Below, in pieces: positions 38,589-51,368 of a DNA stretch of 64,000 nucleotides. Each line of letters starts with the position of its first letter. The first letter of the stretch is position 1. Source of the stretch: Hemiscyllium ocellatum. Taxonomy: Eukaryota. The position numbers and the translations under genes are program-made. Where the stretch lies: positions 1,953,438 to 2,017,437 of the forward strand of contig NC_083427.1 in NCBI RefSeq assembly GCF_020745735.1. Reading direction: 5' to 3'. The notes beneath the pieces are model-generated. The model did not search any database and was not told the DNA's origin. It was given only the letters and a program-made list of their open reading frames with translations.

Positions 38589-41329
38589 TTCTGTACATTC
38601 GAATCCAGATTCCTTTTTGATAACTGATATCATTACTCTAATTTTCTGAGTTGTTTGCTGCCCATCTGTGCTAATCTCAAGATATCCATCCATTCAGAAA
38701 TCATGGTCCGGCTGCACCTCAGAGTTTTACAATCTGTCATCATTTTTATTCTTGTTGTCTGTTCCTCTTACAAAATGGTCTTCTTGTTCACCAAACCCGA
38801 CAATCATTTTTCGTATTATTATTCACACATGTCATGATAATCTTTTAATTTCCTTGTGCCCTCTGATGACTTAATTTCACTTTACATTTTTGAAAGTTGA
38901 GTAAATTTGTCTAACGGCGCATGGCCGTCTTCATCGAAGACCTGTATTGCAAACAGTTGCAATTCCTCAGTCGATCCCTCTGGCACACCGCTTGTGAACT
39001 TTAGGATTACTCCTGAACACCTATTGTCAATTTCAGCTACCCAGCTATTCTGTTGTCAAATTCAATATTCTAACCTCTTGGTCTTTATTATTGACAATGA
39101 ACTTTGATGTAGCATTTTAGTGAACGTCTTCACAAATCAACAGACAGTGAAACCACTAATTCCCCTTTATCCAGCAGATTTCACAATTACGATTTCCCTT
39201 TCATAAAGCCATGATTTTCTTGAACCTATCCAGTTGCAACTCATTTTAAATAGCTTCGAGTATTTTGCTATGACAGTTTTGAAAACAGATTTGTGTTATT
39301 TCTTGCTTGCTGTCACACAATGTTTTGGTAAACTTGTTAAATATGATATCTATCAATCTAAAGGACATTTCCTGCATTGGCGATGATATGCAACAGTAAA
39401 CCCAAAATGTTAGTCATTTCACTATCATTTTATGTTCGGACGCAGATATGATGCTACGAGGGGATTGGCAGGCGTTGGCCCTCAGCTGTAAAGTTTTACT
39501 CAGTCCCGTTTTTCTGTTGCATGTAATTTCCATGCTTTTTTTCTTTCCTTTCATTTGTCGATTCATTGCTGTTTCTGGAATGTTGCTTGTATTCCTTATC
39601 ATGATAACTCGTGTAAATTACGCATTCTATTCATGCTGCTTGGTTTTACAACATGATTTGCCCGCATTTATTTTCTGCATGACCGAAGTTCACTTTGTCA
39701 ATTACCTTCTTTTCAAAATAACTACAGAGACTCGTATGCTCTGATTTAATCTCTGGTGAGCTTCCTATGAAAAGCTGATGATTCAATAGTTGTTAATTTT
39801 CATTTCTTTCATTTCCTCAAATTTTACTATTCTGTCTAATTTTCTGGCTTACGTCTGGTTGTCCACAATCACATCCATTTTGCTTAATATTAATATTATC
39901 TGAAACCACAGATAACATTCCGAAACTTAGAATTTTCCTTCATCTTTGGCATGTACCTTTTTATGTGATCTGAAAAGTTTCCTTACACGTCTGCCACTAT
40001 ATCAGACAAGCTCTTATAACGTTTACCTCTGTGCCCTCCCCAATCGTATAATTACAAAATGTTGACCCGAACACCACTCCCAAAAATAACTGCTTGAGCT
40101 GTAATTTTTCAACTTTACTTAAAACCCATTCCACGGAATGCCTTCCTGAAATGGTGGACACTCATCTGGCTTCCATAAAATAAGAACAGCCAGAACATTT
40201 CTGGCAGCGTTTGTGACAAGACAGAGACAGAGTTTGTTTCTTGTCTACTGTGGCTCTGTTGCAACTCTTTCTGTTATGCAATAGCATTGCGAATGGACTG
40301 CTGCACATGCAAAGGCGTCCGAGTCTCCCGTCTTTTCTATAGCATCTGTGCGAATCCAGTACGCATCGTCTTGAAGGAAGGATAGTAGTGAAGGTCAAGG
40401 GCAGTTTCATAACCAATTGTTCTTGGCAAATGCTGAATATGAGCGTGAAGGTCGTTCATTTCAATTCACTCGAACGTACCTGTTGGAATACTTGTTGGAA
40501 AGTATCACAAAACTGCTGTGTCCACAACGAATGATAGCGAGGGCATAAACACACGTCTGAGAACTTCATTTGCAGGTCGAGTAAGTTATTATGCAGGTGT
40601 ATTTGGTTACCAAGACTGTTATGGTTAGTCATTGTCACAGAGAGCATTGCAGCATGTTGATATCTAATTTTGGATCAAAAGTATGCGGTTTCTCGACAGT
40701 GTGGTTACTGGAGATAATGGAGCAGTGCTCATGTGTGCAAGGACTAAAGAATAGAAGCAACTCGACCTTTGCAAGCATATTGATATTTGATGCAGTGGTG
40801 GATTATTTTATTTTAAACCTTCACAAGTGATAGTTTCTCATGATAATAATGTCATGACAGCCTAGTAATGATAGACGTTAGATCCTAAAAATATGTCAGC
40901 AATGGACCAGTACAATAAACTCAGAGTGCATGTATCTTGGCCCTTTGAAACTGTAAGAATGTGGCTGTGGATGAATTTGAATTAATGGAAAAGAAATTTA
41001 ATTCGTAAGTATTTTCTGAATTTGAGAAAATACGTTGATTGGCAGAACAATCCTGATTAGATTTACTTCAAAGAGTTTGAAGATGGGATCCCAGAGTGAA
41101 AAATGACGGAAAATCTCGGATACCTTTGAAGAGCTTGGAAGTTATGGTCGCCAATCAGCTGAGGCATTTTCGAGAGAGCGGTTAGTTAGCATGATCAAGC
41201 AGGTCGTCTTGCTGATTTTGTGTTAAGTAGTCTGATGGTTATAACAAGGTCACGAGAAAACCCCAGCTTGTGAACAGTCTGGTCAGATGGTTACATTGGT
41301 GGCAATAGATTTTGTTCAGTTTTAAACAT

Positions 41330-43540
41330 TTGTTTACTTTAGAGATGGAATGTGATACCTATATACCACAGGGCAAAAGTCATAGTTTGGGGGAAAGGCA
41401 TTCACGATGCGATTATGGAAGATTTAGGAGACAGCGGATGGGGAAGAAAACTAAACTGAATTGGCACAATTGAAACATGAAGCTCCTTCAAGAAACAGCT
41501 AATGCGTGTCCCTGAAAATTATGCGCCTGTAAGACAGGGAGGAAGTTGTCGAGCAAAGCAGCTGCTGTTCACACAGTAAGTTGAATCTCTTTGTCAAGTG
41601 GAAGAAGAAGGCGTATGTTAAGATGAGATGTGAAGGCTTAGTTAGAATGCTTGAGAGTTACAAGTTAGCCAGGAAATATGTAAAGGGAACGTGAAGAAGA
41701 GGCTGGAAGAGAAGTGAGAGATCATTGGCGGATAGGATCAAGGAAAACCCTGATGCGTTCTGTCGGTACATCAGGAATAAAAGAGTGACTAGAGAAAGAT
41801 TAGTGCCAGGCAAGAACAGGAGTGAGAAGTTATGTGTGGAGTTCGAAGACATGAGAGGCACCAAATGAACATTTTTCATCAGGATTCACACAGGAAAAAG
41901 ACATCGTTGTCGAGGAGGATATTGAGATACAAGCTATTAGAATAGATAGGATTGGGTTTCACAAGGTATCAGCAAATTTGGAAAGGTTGAAAATAGATAA
42001 ATCCTTTCTGCTGAATGGGTTTTTCCTAGGATTCCCTGAGAACGTAGAGAGGAGATGGCAGAACCTTTGGCTTTGATCTTTACGCCGTCATTGTCTGCAG
42101 ATGTAGTGTTGGAAGACGCCAGGATCACAAATGTTGTTCCGTTTTTCAAGAAGTAGAATATAGACAACCCTGGTAATTGTTGACCAGTGAGCCTTGCTTC
42201 ATTGTGGGTAAATTGTTGTAAAATGTTTCAACAGCTCAGATTTTTAGTTATCTAGAGAGGAATAAGTTGATTATGAATAGTCAATACGGCTTTTCTGAGG
42301 CTGGGTCATACTTCACAAACCTCATTGAGTTCTTTGAGAAGGTGACGAAACACTTGGATGAGAGTGAAGCGGTTGATGTGGTGTTTATGGATTTCAGTTT
42401 GGTGTTTGATAAGGTTCCCCACGGTAGGCTATTGCACACAACAGGAAAGCATGGGTTTGAGTGTGAATTAGCTGTTTGGAGAATAAAATGGCAAGCTGAA
42501 AGAAAGGCTTAGTTTGTTGGCTATGCGAATGTTCATGCTGGAGTTTACTTAAAACTAGTGCATGGCACGGGTCGGTTTTTTCGCCACTGTTGTTTGTCAT
42601 TCGTATAAGTGACCTGGAAGAGAGCGTAGGATGAGGAGTTATTAAATTTGCAGATGATCCCAATGTTTGTCGAATTGTCAATAGTGCCGAAGGACAGTTT
42701 ATATTACATACGAACATAGATAAAGCTGCAGAGCTAGGCTGAGAGGTGTAAAGTGGAGTTTGTTGAGAACAAGTGTGAAGCGATTCACCTTGGAACGAGT
42801 AACAGGAATGAAGATCATTGGGTTAATGATAAGATTCTTGATAATGTGATGAACAGAGAGATCTTGGTGTCCATGTAGTTACATTGCTGAAATTTGACAC
42901 CGAAGGTGACAGGATTGTTAAGAAGGCATGTCGTGTGTTAGTTTTTATTGGTAGAGGGATTGAGTTTCGGACCAATGAGATCATGCTTCATCTGTACAAA
43001 ACTCTGGTGCAGCTGCACTTTGAGTATTGTGTACAGTTGTTGTCACTGCATTATAGGAAGAATGTGAAAGTTTTGGAAATGCTTCAGAGGAGGATTACTC
43101 GGATGTTGCCTGTACAGAAGGAAAGCCTCACAAGGAAAGGCTGAGGGACATGAGGCTGCTTTCTTTAGAGAGAAGATGGTTTAGAGGTGACTTAATTGAG
43201 ACACATAAGATAATCAGAGGTTTAGATAGGGTTGACAGTGAGAACATTTTTCCTCGAATGGTGATGGCTAGCACGAGGAGCCATAACTTTGAATTCGGGG
43301 TGACAGATTGAGGAGAGATTTCACAGGTAGCTTCTTGACTCGGAGAGTAGTATGGGAATGGAACGCACCGGCAGCAATAGTAGTAGATTCGCCAACTGTT
43401 AGGCAAATTAAATGGTCATTGGATAGATATACGTATGAACATGGAGTAGCGCAGTTTAGATGGGGTTCAGATTGGTTTCACAGGTGGGCACAACATCGAA
43501 GGCTGAAGGGCGTATATTGCGCGGCAATGCTCTATGTTCT
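41330..43540 (+). mobile_element. Long decayed CR1-type LINE in the J-C1 intron
   Basis: SQYGF...TNLIEFFEKVTKHLDESEAVDVVFMDFSLVFDKVPHGRLL (RT), KFADD remnant, LYKTLVQLHFEYCVQ, and a 3' tail near 43480-43530. Confidence 0.85.
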
Positions 43541-43959
43541 ATGTAAAGAAAACGTGATCTCTTTTCCTGACAGTAATGTCTTAAATTTACGAGTTTGAAC
43601 CAAACAATGAATAGAAAGAAACCTATTTGTCTCCATTGGGGACACAAGTGTTTATTTGAAGAAAAGTCTAAATGAAGGATATATTAAGTGATGCCTCTGA
43701 CAATCGAGATGAATGTCAGGTTCGAGGTATTTCGATCCAAAAGAATTGATTCTCCCAGAACTACTGCCTGTACGTTATAGAACAGCTAGCCACGAATGCT
43801 AATGTTTGGAATAAACATAATCTTGAAGTTATGGACTTAAGAATATGATTTCTGCTGAGTAATAGCCGTTAACTGTTCATTTATACTCCACGATGGAACT
43901 CTGACAACAGTGATAGAAAATCACAGTTCGTGGATGGGGAATTGATCTGTGTCTGCTGC

Positions 43960-45890
43960 TAACCTGTACAACGTGTTGGCGAGAACGGGGGAAACAGTCT
44001 GAGAATTCGAGTTGGACCATTTAGGAGGCATTTGAGGAGACATTTCTTCACCCAGAGAGTGGTGAGCAAGTGGAAGTCATTACCCTTGGAAGTAGTTGAA
44101 ACCAAAACACGCAGCATGATGTTGCACTTGGAATGAATAGGCTCCTGAATGAATCCTGCGGAGAAAGCAGGATTAAGCTATTGAGTTGAAAGATTAGCAG
44201 GATCATGAGGAATGTCAGAGCAGGCTCAGAAGACCGAATGGGCGCCTCCTGTTCCTAACTTCCATGTTTCCATGTTCTAAACTGTAGAGTTTCTAGTTCA
44301 GTGAGGCCTCCAGATTCCTTTTGCCTCTGGTGTGCAAACAAATTTCTGTTGACTTGTCAAAATTAAAATGGCACCAAAATGAAAAGCTTGATCAAAATTT
44401 CCTCACGACAATTATATAAGATGAAATTGCCTCGTTATCAGGAAATTTATAACAGTAATTGGCAATAAATTATCAAACGTTGGAGATATGGCTAAATTCT
44501 AAAATAGAAAGATATGCTTTAACAAATGCACAAAGAATACAAAGAAGGGATGAGAAGAAAATAGGTTTATGGAGGAGTATTACAGAACCACGATTCTTGA
44601 AGGCTGGAAGTACATTTTTTCGTGTTGGGACAGTTTAAATCAGGAATTCTCCAGAGGCCAGTACATGTATGCACATTTCTGAGATGATATGAGCTCGAGG
44701 TACTTTTAGAGCGAAAGATGAGTGAAGTTATTGATAACTTGAGGTCAACTAAGGGAATTATGAAGTGGAGGGATGGCTTAACATGGCAAAATATAGGCCA
44801 GAAAGCCGACAGGTGTTCCGGGATAGGGACTTAGATTGTGATTAAGATACAAGTTAGAAGATTGTTTAATGCCCTAAAGGTTGAAAGTGATGATTAGCCA
44901 GGAATGCATTTTCAAGACTGTGCAAATTCATGACGAAATGTTGGAACAGAAGACAAGCTGCGAGTCAAAGATAGGCGGAAGTTAGACATAAAAGCAGGTG
45001 GTCTTAACAAGGAAGTCCGGGGGCAAACATTTAGCAATTGATAACATCATGAGAAGCCTGTACCAGGTAAGTAACAAAAGCATTTTTCCTAGGGTAGGGG
45101 AGATCAAATCTAGAAGGGATAGGTTTAAGGTGAGAGGGAAAAGATTGTAAAGAACCTGAGGATCAGATTTTTCGCAGAGATGGTGGTGTAAATATGGAAT
45201 GAACTGCCAGAGAAAGTGGCAGAAACGGTACAGTTACAACATTTAAAAGCGATTGGAAATACACAGTAGGAAAAACTGTTTGTAGAATATGGACCAAGTA
45301 AACCACATGAAGAAGGCGCTTGTTATACTTTCCTGTGTTGATCAGTGCACCAAGTATAAGAGTTGGGAGGGCATGTTGCGCCTGTACAGAACATTGGTTT
45401 TGCCGCTTTGGAATGCTGTATGCAATTTTCGTCTCCCTGCTTTGGGACGAATGTTCTGAAAGTTGAAAGACTTCAGGGAAGATTTACAAAGATGTTGTCA
45501 TGATTGAAGATTTCGAGCGATCGGAGAGACAGAATAGGCTGTTGCAAATTTCCTCGGAGGCTGATATGTGACCTTATAGAGTTTTATGAAATTAAATAGA
45601 CAAAGTCTTTCCCCCGGGTTGGTGTAGTCCAAAACTGGAGGGGGTCGGATTGAGCAAAGTCGAAAAAGATATGAAAGGGACCTAAAGGACAACTTTGACA
45701 ACTTTGGATGTTGGCAGAATTACAATCGTTAAAGTGCATCTGAACGGGTACATGAATAACAATGTTTAGAGGGATATGTGCCAATTGCTGCAAAATGAGA
45801 AGAGACTAATTTACGCAATGTGGTTGGCATGGGCGAGTTGGACTGAAGGGATATTTCCTTGTTGTACATCTCAATGACTCTATGACTCTA
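43960..45890 (+). mobile_element. Several CR1 3'-end fragments
   Basis: PF...RRHFFTQRVV remnant (about 44015-44070) and tail CATGGGCGAGTTGGACTGAAGGG...GACTCTATGACTCTA (about 45830-45890). Confidence 0.6.
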
Positions 45891-46176
45891 AATGGGACAA
45901 TTCGAATTAGTGAAACCAGGTCAGCGTGAATGAATTCGACTGATGTCTTTTTTTCTCTGTTGTTTAGACAATATCAGTCTATCCAGTTAGGAGCTCACTT
46001 CAAGGTTAAATATGATGCCAACGTTGAGAGTAGTTTATTTTCGCAACGTGATACAATGACACAATAAAATGATTGCATTTTGTAATATCTGACAGTAATA
46101 GATTCAACAGGGCAGCACAGAAACTTTCTAATCATCTATATACAAGACAGTCAGATTTTTTATGTTGTAATTTTAG

Positions 46177-46491
46177 GAGTATATCCTTCTCGACCAGTCA
46201 TCAGTCTCCTCTACTCTGACGAACAGAGAGAAAACGGATTTCTGCAGCTGGCCTGTCTCATCAACAAATTCTATCCTGAAAACATTGCGGTGAAATGGCA
46301 GCGGAATGGAAATGCCTTAGATTCTGGCTTTACAACCACATCTCCATTGAAAACATCGAACAATGTCTTTAGCTCTACAAGCTTGCTTAAAGTGCCCCTG
46401 AAGGAATGGAGGAGCGGATCTGTGTACAGTTGTCAAGTTTCACATTCTGCAACCAGCAGTAACCAGAGAAAGGAAATTCGTTCAGCAGCCG
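46177..46491 (+). CDS. IgNAR: IgNAR C1 exon
   Basis: TTTTAG acceptor. (R)VYPSRPVISLLYSDEQRENGFLQLACLINKFYPENIAVKWQ...VYSCQVSHSATSSNQRKEIRSAA. GTAAGA donor. Phase 1/1. Confidence 0.95.
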
Positions 46492-47005
46492 GTAAGAAAG
46501 TTTAACAATCTCTCAAACTCATATTAATAACGATAATCACTTGCATAATAATTATTGGACTAGAGGGAACATAATTATGTTGTCTTATTGCTGAGGATGA
46601 AGCATTCTTGAAATGCTTGCATTGCGTGATGTCAATAGCAATTTGTAGTCCAGAGTAATGTTACAGCGAAAGAGATTGGGAATGACCCAGGTACCTAAAG
46701 CAGTTATTCAAAAATCTATAGTTGGGTACAATATCTGAAATTATTTCTCTCTGCTCTGTGTAAGTCTTTATCTCAGTCGCAAAAGCTAATGGAAATAAAT
46801 AGAAACCTTGGAAGAAGACAGAGGAAAAGAGGCAGTGATATTGACACTGTGACCGAAGCAACTGAATGAGAGATTTGATGTGCAATCCCCGGAATTGACG
46901 ATTATAAACAAAGTTCCTTTTTCTCGATATTAATTCTCTTGATAAAACAAGGTAGTTCCACACGTTAACTAATTTACCAAGTCAATCCATAGCATCAAAA
47001 ATACT

Positions 47006-47178
47006 TTCGGGAATGTGTGGTGTTGGAAATGCACAGCACGTGAAGCAGCAATCGAGGAGCAGGAGAATCGACGTTTCGGTCAGGAGCTCTTTCTCGGACG
47101 CTGCATGACCTGCTGCAGATTTCCAGCACCACACACTCTCGACTCTGATCTCCAGCATGTGCAGTCCGCAGTTTCTTC
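47006..47178 (+). mobile_element. Palindromic mini-element (family A) with TSD, C1-C2 intron
   Basis: GTGTGGTGTTGGAAAT is inverted against ATTTCCAGCACCACAC, followed by the tail CTCTGATCTCCAGCATGTGCAGTCC. Flanks are CATCAAAAATACT (46993-47005) and CATCAAAAACTACT (47179-47192). Confidence 0.8.
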
Positions 47179-47996
47179 CATCAAAAACTACTATGTCAAT
47201 GCCGAGACTACATCTGAAAGGAAACAACTCCAACGATGAGTAATTTTACTGCTCATGTTTTCTGCTGCTATGTGCAACCAAGCATTTGTAGAAAAGATGA
47301 ATTGGGAGAATGCTGTTCAGAGAAGCTAAGGGGAGAGACAGAGGAGTCAGGTGAAACAGAGACAGAAATTTGTTTTCGGATGGGATACAACGAACATGAA
47401 ACGATTGCTTCATTGAAACCTTCCTGATGTTGATCGCCAGAAAGACAAACAAATGATTTTTTTCGGACAGTACATGCAATGACGTATCAGGGATAATAAT
47501 CTCAATGATCTTATGTGCTTAAGATTCAGCAACCCTCATGATGTGGTAAATTTTCTCTGTCTCTCCATCTTTATCTTCTATCTCACGCTCTTGTATTACT
47601 GCCAGACTCACTTTGTCTCTGTCTGTTTTTGTCGCTCTGCTTATTCTGATTACTCTCATTCTGTAACTAGATCTTTCGCTTCACTGGTCATCTGTCTTTA
47701 TGTCTCGGTTTCACTGTTTCTCCCCTTCTCGAAAATATTTATTCTTTCACGCTCCTATTTCTGCAGATTTTAATAATTATTTGTGCATCATTGACCGTAG
47801 CTGCTGACGTTTCTCTTCTTCTTTACGCATATTGGTATTTATTCCTCCATTTTTTCTTCTTTCCCTTGATACTGCCTGACCATCTTCCGCTCTTTCTGAC
47901 TGTCATTTCCAGCCTGTTATCTCCAGATCCCATTCTCTAAGCTTTATGTCTTTATGCATATCTATCTGGCAATCTCAGTTCACCTGTACCTACGTC

Positions 47997-48209
47997 TTAA
48001 AAATGTGCTGCTGGAAAAGCGCAGCAGGTCATGCAGCATCAAATTAGCAGGAGAATAGACGTTTCGGGCAAAAGCCTTTCTTTCTGAAGAAGGGCTTCGG
48101 CCTGAAACGTCGATTCTCCTGCTCCTTTGATGCTGCCTGGCCTGCTGCGCTTTTCCAGCAACACATTATTAAGCTCTGATCTCCAGCATCTGCAGTCCTC
48201 ACTTTCTCC
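47997..48209 (+). mobile_element. Palindromic hammerhead-bearing mini-element (family A) with TSD, C1-C2 intron
   Basis: About 80-bp inverted arms and an intact core CTGAAGA-AGGGC-TTCG-GCCT-GAAAC-GTC (48084-48111). Flanks are CTGTACCTACGTC (47984-47996) and CTGTTCCTACGTC (48210-48222). Confidence 0.85.
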
Positions 48210-48253
48210 CTGTTCCTACGTCCGTCTTACTGCATATCTTTATCTGCATTTAT

Positions 48254-48286
48254 AACTAGTTTGCATTTTGAACTAGTTTGCATTTT
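48254..48286 (+). repeat. Short tandem duplication (2 x 16-17 bp)
   Basis: AACTAGTTTGCATTTT occurs twice in a row. Confidence 0.8.
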
Positions 48287-48608
48287 CTTCTCTGCTGATT
48301 ATTTCTCTATTTATTTATGTTCAGCTTACTAAATGGATCCACATAATTTCTTTTATTCCTCAAAATGCATCTCTCACTTTCCTTTTTGTTTATTTCGTTC
48401 TTATTCGGCTTATAAAAATTAATAATCAAATTAACAACGTGAAAACAAGCAATGACACTTCAAATTCTATATTGCTGCGTCTGTGATAGAGACATTCGCA
48501 ATTTATCGTCCCATCTCTTGTCACTGATTTGGCATTCTTGTTGCAATCCTGGTTACATTATTATTGGAACATGCAAAAGAATTTGAAACTCTGATTTCTC
48601 ACCAACAG

Positions 48609-48905
48609 AGATTGCTGTATTACTAAGAGATCCTTTGGTTGAAGAAATGTGGATCAATAAAAATGCCACTCTGGTTTGTGAAGTGCTTTCCACAGTTTCA
48701 GCTGGGGTAGTCATCTCTTGGATGGTGGATGGAAAGGCACGGAATGAAGGCGTTAAAACAGAAGCAGATATTGAAAGCCAACGTCTGACCATCAGCCGCT
48801 TGACGACCAGCGTGGAAGAGTGGCAGAGTGGGGTGGAATACACATGCTCTGCAAAGCACGATCAATTATCAAACGCAGTGTCAAAACGAACAAGAATGGC
48901 AAGAG
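48609..48905 (+). CDS. IgNAR: IgNAR C2 exon
   Basis: ACAG acceptor. EIAVLLRDPLVEEMWINKNATLVCEVLSTVSAGVVISWMVDG...EWQSGVEYTCSAKHDQLSNAVSKRTRMAR. GTTGGT donor, 76-bp intron to C3. Confidence 0.95.
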
Positions 48906-48981
48906 GTTGGTCAACAAAGATATACATTTATATATGTCATTTTATCAACGACGAAATTCTAAAATTGTAATTCTGTTACAG

Positions 48982-49299
48982 TCAAACCAGAGAAGCCACA
49001 TCTCCGCCTCCTGCCTCCATCACCAAACGAGGTTCAAAACGGCACCTCTGCTACTCTCACATGTTTGATAAGAGGATTCTATCCTGATGAAATACGAGTA
49101 AACTGGGAGAAAGACGGAGCTTCTGTCAGTGAGAACATCACCATTTTAACCACTGCTCTGGAACAGAACTTGACCTACAGCACACGGAGCCTCCTCGTTT
49201 TACCTGCAGTGGAATGGAAGAGCGGAGCAAAATACACCTGTACTGCATCTCATCCATCTTCACAGTCCACTGTGAAAAGGGAAATCAGCCATCCGAAAG
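48982..49299 (+). CDS. IgNAR: IgNAR C3 exon
   Basis: TTACAG acceptor. VKPEKPHLRLLPPSPNEVQNGTSATLTCLIRGFYPDEIRVNWEKDG...KYTCTASHPSSQSTVKREISHPK. GTAAGC donor. Confidence 0.95.
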
Positions 49300-49519
49300 G
49301 TAAGCAACCATTCCCACAGTTATCATTTTGTGGTAAATATCAACGCAACATGAAACCATGACCAAACATTTCAAGTTTCCACCAACTTTAAAATGCACAA
49401 AATCTCTTGAAATGAAACAATTTTAATACACTGTACACGGGTTGACAGGAGAAACAATAATATCCCACAAATGCGTGGGCTCAAGCAGTGTCGAGTCTGC
49501 TGATACAAAGAACGGATAG

Positions 49520-49640
49520 AGCCCTCTTGTGGCACGTTGGCAGTGTCTGTGCACTGGACGAACAGGTGCACGTTTACTTCCCACCTGCTCCAGAGTGTTG
49601 TCTTGAGCCTATCTGAACAGATTGATGAGAAAAAGTGGTT
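49520..49640 (+). mobile_element. Possible head of a second tRNA-derived shark SINE (SacSINE1/DeuSINE-like)
   Basis: CTCTTGTGGCACGTTGGCAGTGTC...TCCCACCTGCTCCAGAG...TCTGAACAGATTGAT resembles a recalled consensus. Not verified. Confidence 0.35.
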
Positions 49641-51158
49641 TACTAAAGATTTATCCTAAGAAAAAGAGCTTCATTACACGAATAAGTCTTGAAGGCGTGT
49701 TTTATTTTGACAACATTAAATGGTGGTGAGAGGGAGATTGGGTGGCCATAATTCAGTGTCTTGTTTGGTTCAGTCCGTACTTCACCTTTGAGTCCAGCTT
49801 AAGTGGTTGCTGACAATCAACTCAAAGGTACACAGAAATGCAAACATTTCTGAAGTGTAGGAAGAAAGCTCATGAATTAGTTTGTATACGTCAAAGATTA
49901 TATTCTTCTGTCCTCTTCCCCTGAACGTCGCAGGAACTGAGAAATAAGTTTGCATTTGATGAGAATAAGTCAGGTGGACTATTGAATTGGCTTTAATTCC
50001 GATTGTATGCATAGGTACTGGTTTGCACCCACCTGTGATGTGGGCACGGCAAAAACCGGTTCATGTTCTTAAAAAACGAGTCACAATGCTTCAACTTTGC
50101 ATCACTGATCTTTGCAACACGGGTCTGTGATCAAGGGAACGGATGAACGGGCTGTGACAAACTTCTGGTCATGCACTTGCCGAGAATTAGCGCATAGATT
50201 TCAGTGGAACAACAACTGATTTGACAAATGGATGTCAGAAAGTCACATACAACAAAGGGAAAAAGCAAAGTTGCACTGAGCAAACACTGCTCGTTGATAT
50301 GGTAACAAACACTGAGCATGACAAATTCCATTTGGTGAGCTACCATGCACGAAAGTAGCAGGCATCGAGAAGCCCATGCGATGATTTCGGCCTGCTGATG
50401 GTTCTTTGAAGCTTAGACTGGAATAGACTTGTATGATTTCCATCCAATCCCTTTGTTCTATTTTTCACCTGAGGAGTCTTGCTGAAAATAAACGTATTTG
50501 CACTCCTGCAAAGGGCAAGGGCAAATGCGAATCTTACATAATTCCTGTGGACTGGGCTGCCTATCTTCCATTTCTGCCGCTGATTTACAAAGACTGATCA
50601 GTCAATGTGAGATTCCTCAAGGAAGCTTGCATACCAATACTGTTTGCATATCAATGTGAAAATCCATTTTCCTCTTCACAGTAATGGAAGACATTCACAT
50701 GAAAATATGATAGTTTTCAGTTCAGAACTTCGATGCAAAGGTGTCATTGTTAAAATCATCTCAGCCATAAACGAAATATTCTGAAATTGTTTACTTGAAT
50801 GAGTCATTGTTAAAACTCTGATTTCTGTTTGTAATGCGAGGAGATGGTTAATTTCATTCGGATCAGTTTTCCCACAATTCCCTTCACCATCTATCTATTA
50901 TTACTGAAAGATTTTGAAGAAGTAATAATCACCAAGATTCATCAGATGCAACTGATCTTGTATGTTAAATGGGGCACAATTATTCAAACACGAATTGAAA
51001 ATATTCCACGAGTGAGCTCAGGTTGTCAATCGACAAATTAATGTTAACAGTCTGCTTGGTTGAAAGGAGATTTAGTGGAAGAGATTAGCTCTGGATGGCT
51101 GAAGACAAGCAGGTATTTAGACTTAAGAGCTTTGATTGTGAGACTGTAATATTAATCA

Positions 51159-51368
51159 GGTAGGTAAAAACAGTGACTGCAGATGCTGGAAACCAGATTC
51201 TGGATTAGTGGTGCTGGAAGAGCACAACAGTTCAGGCAGCATCCAATGTGCAGCGAAATCGATGTTTTGGGCAAAAGCTCTTCATGAAGGGCTTTTGCCC
51301 GGAACGTCGATTTCGCTGCACATTGGATGCTGCCTGAACTGCTGTGCTCTTACAGCACCAATGATCTA
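51159..51368 (-). mobile_element. Near-perfect palindromic mini-element (family A) with TSD, C3-C4 intron
   Basis: Arms 51209-51284 and 51285-51360 (76 bp each, 6 mismatches, no loop), extending to about 85 bp. Flanks are GTAATATTAATCA (51146-51158) and GTAATATAAATCA (51369-51381). Confidence 0.88.

Noticed and set aside
34702-46176. Switch region or hidden Ig exon in the 11,475-bp J-C1 intron
   Set aside because: No tandem AGCT/GGGGT arrays and no Ig-fold Cys/Trp pattern were seen. The content is mostly CR1, SINE and PLE remnants.
49261-49274. Back-to-back heptamer-like CACAGTC/CACTGTG in C3
   Set aside because: No nonamer was found at the 12- and 23-nt spacings checked. The sequence is explained by codons for SQSTV.
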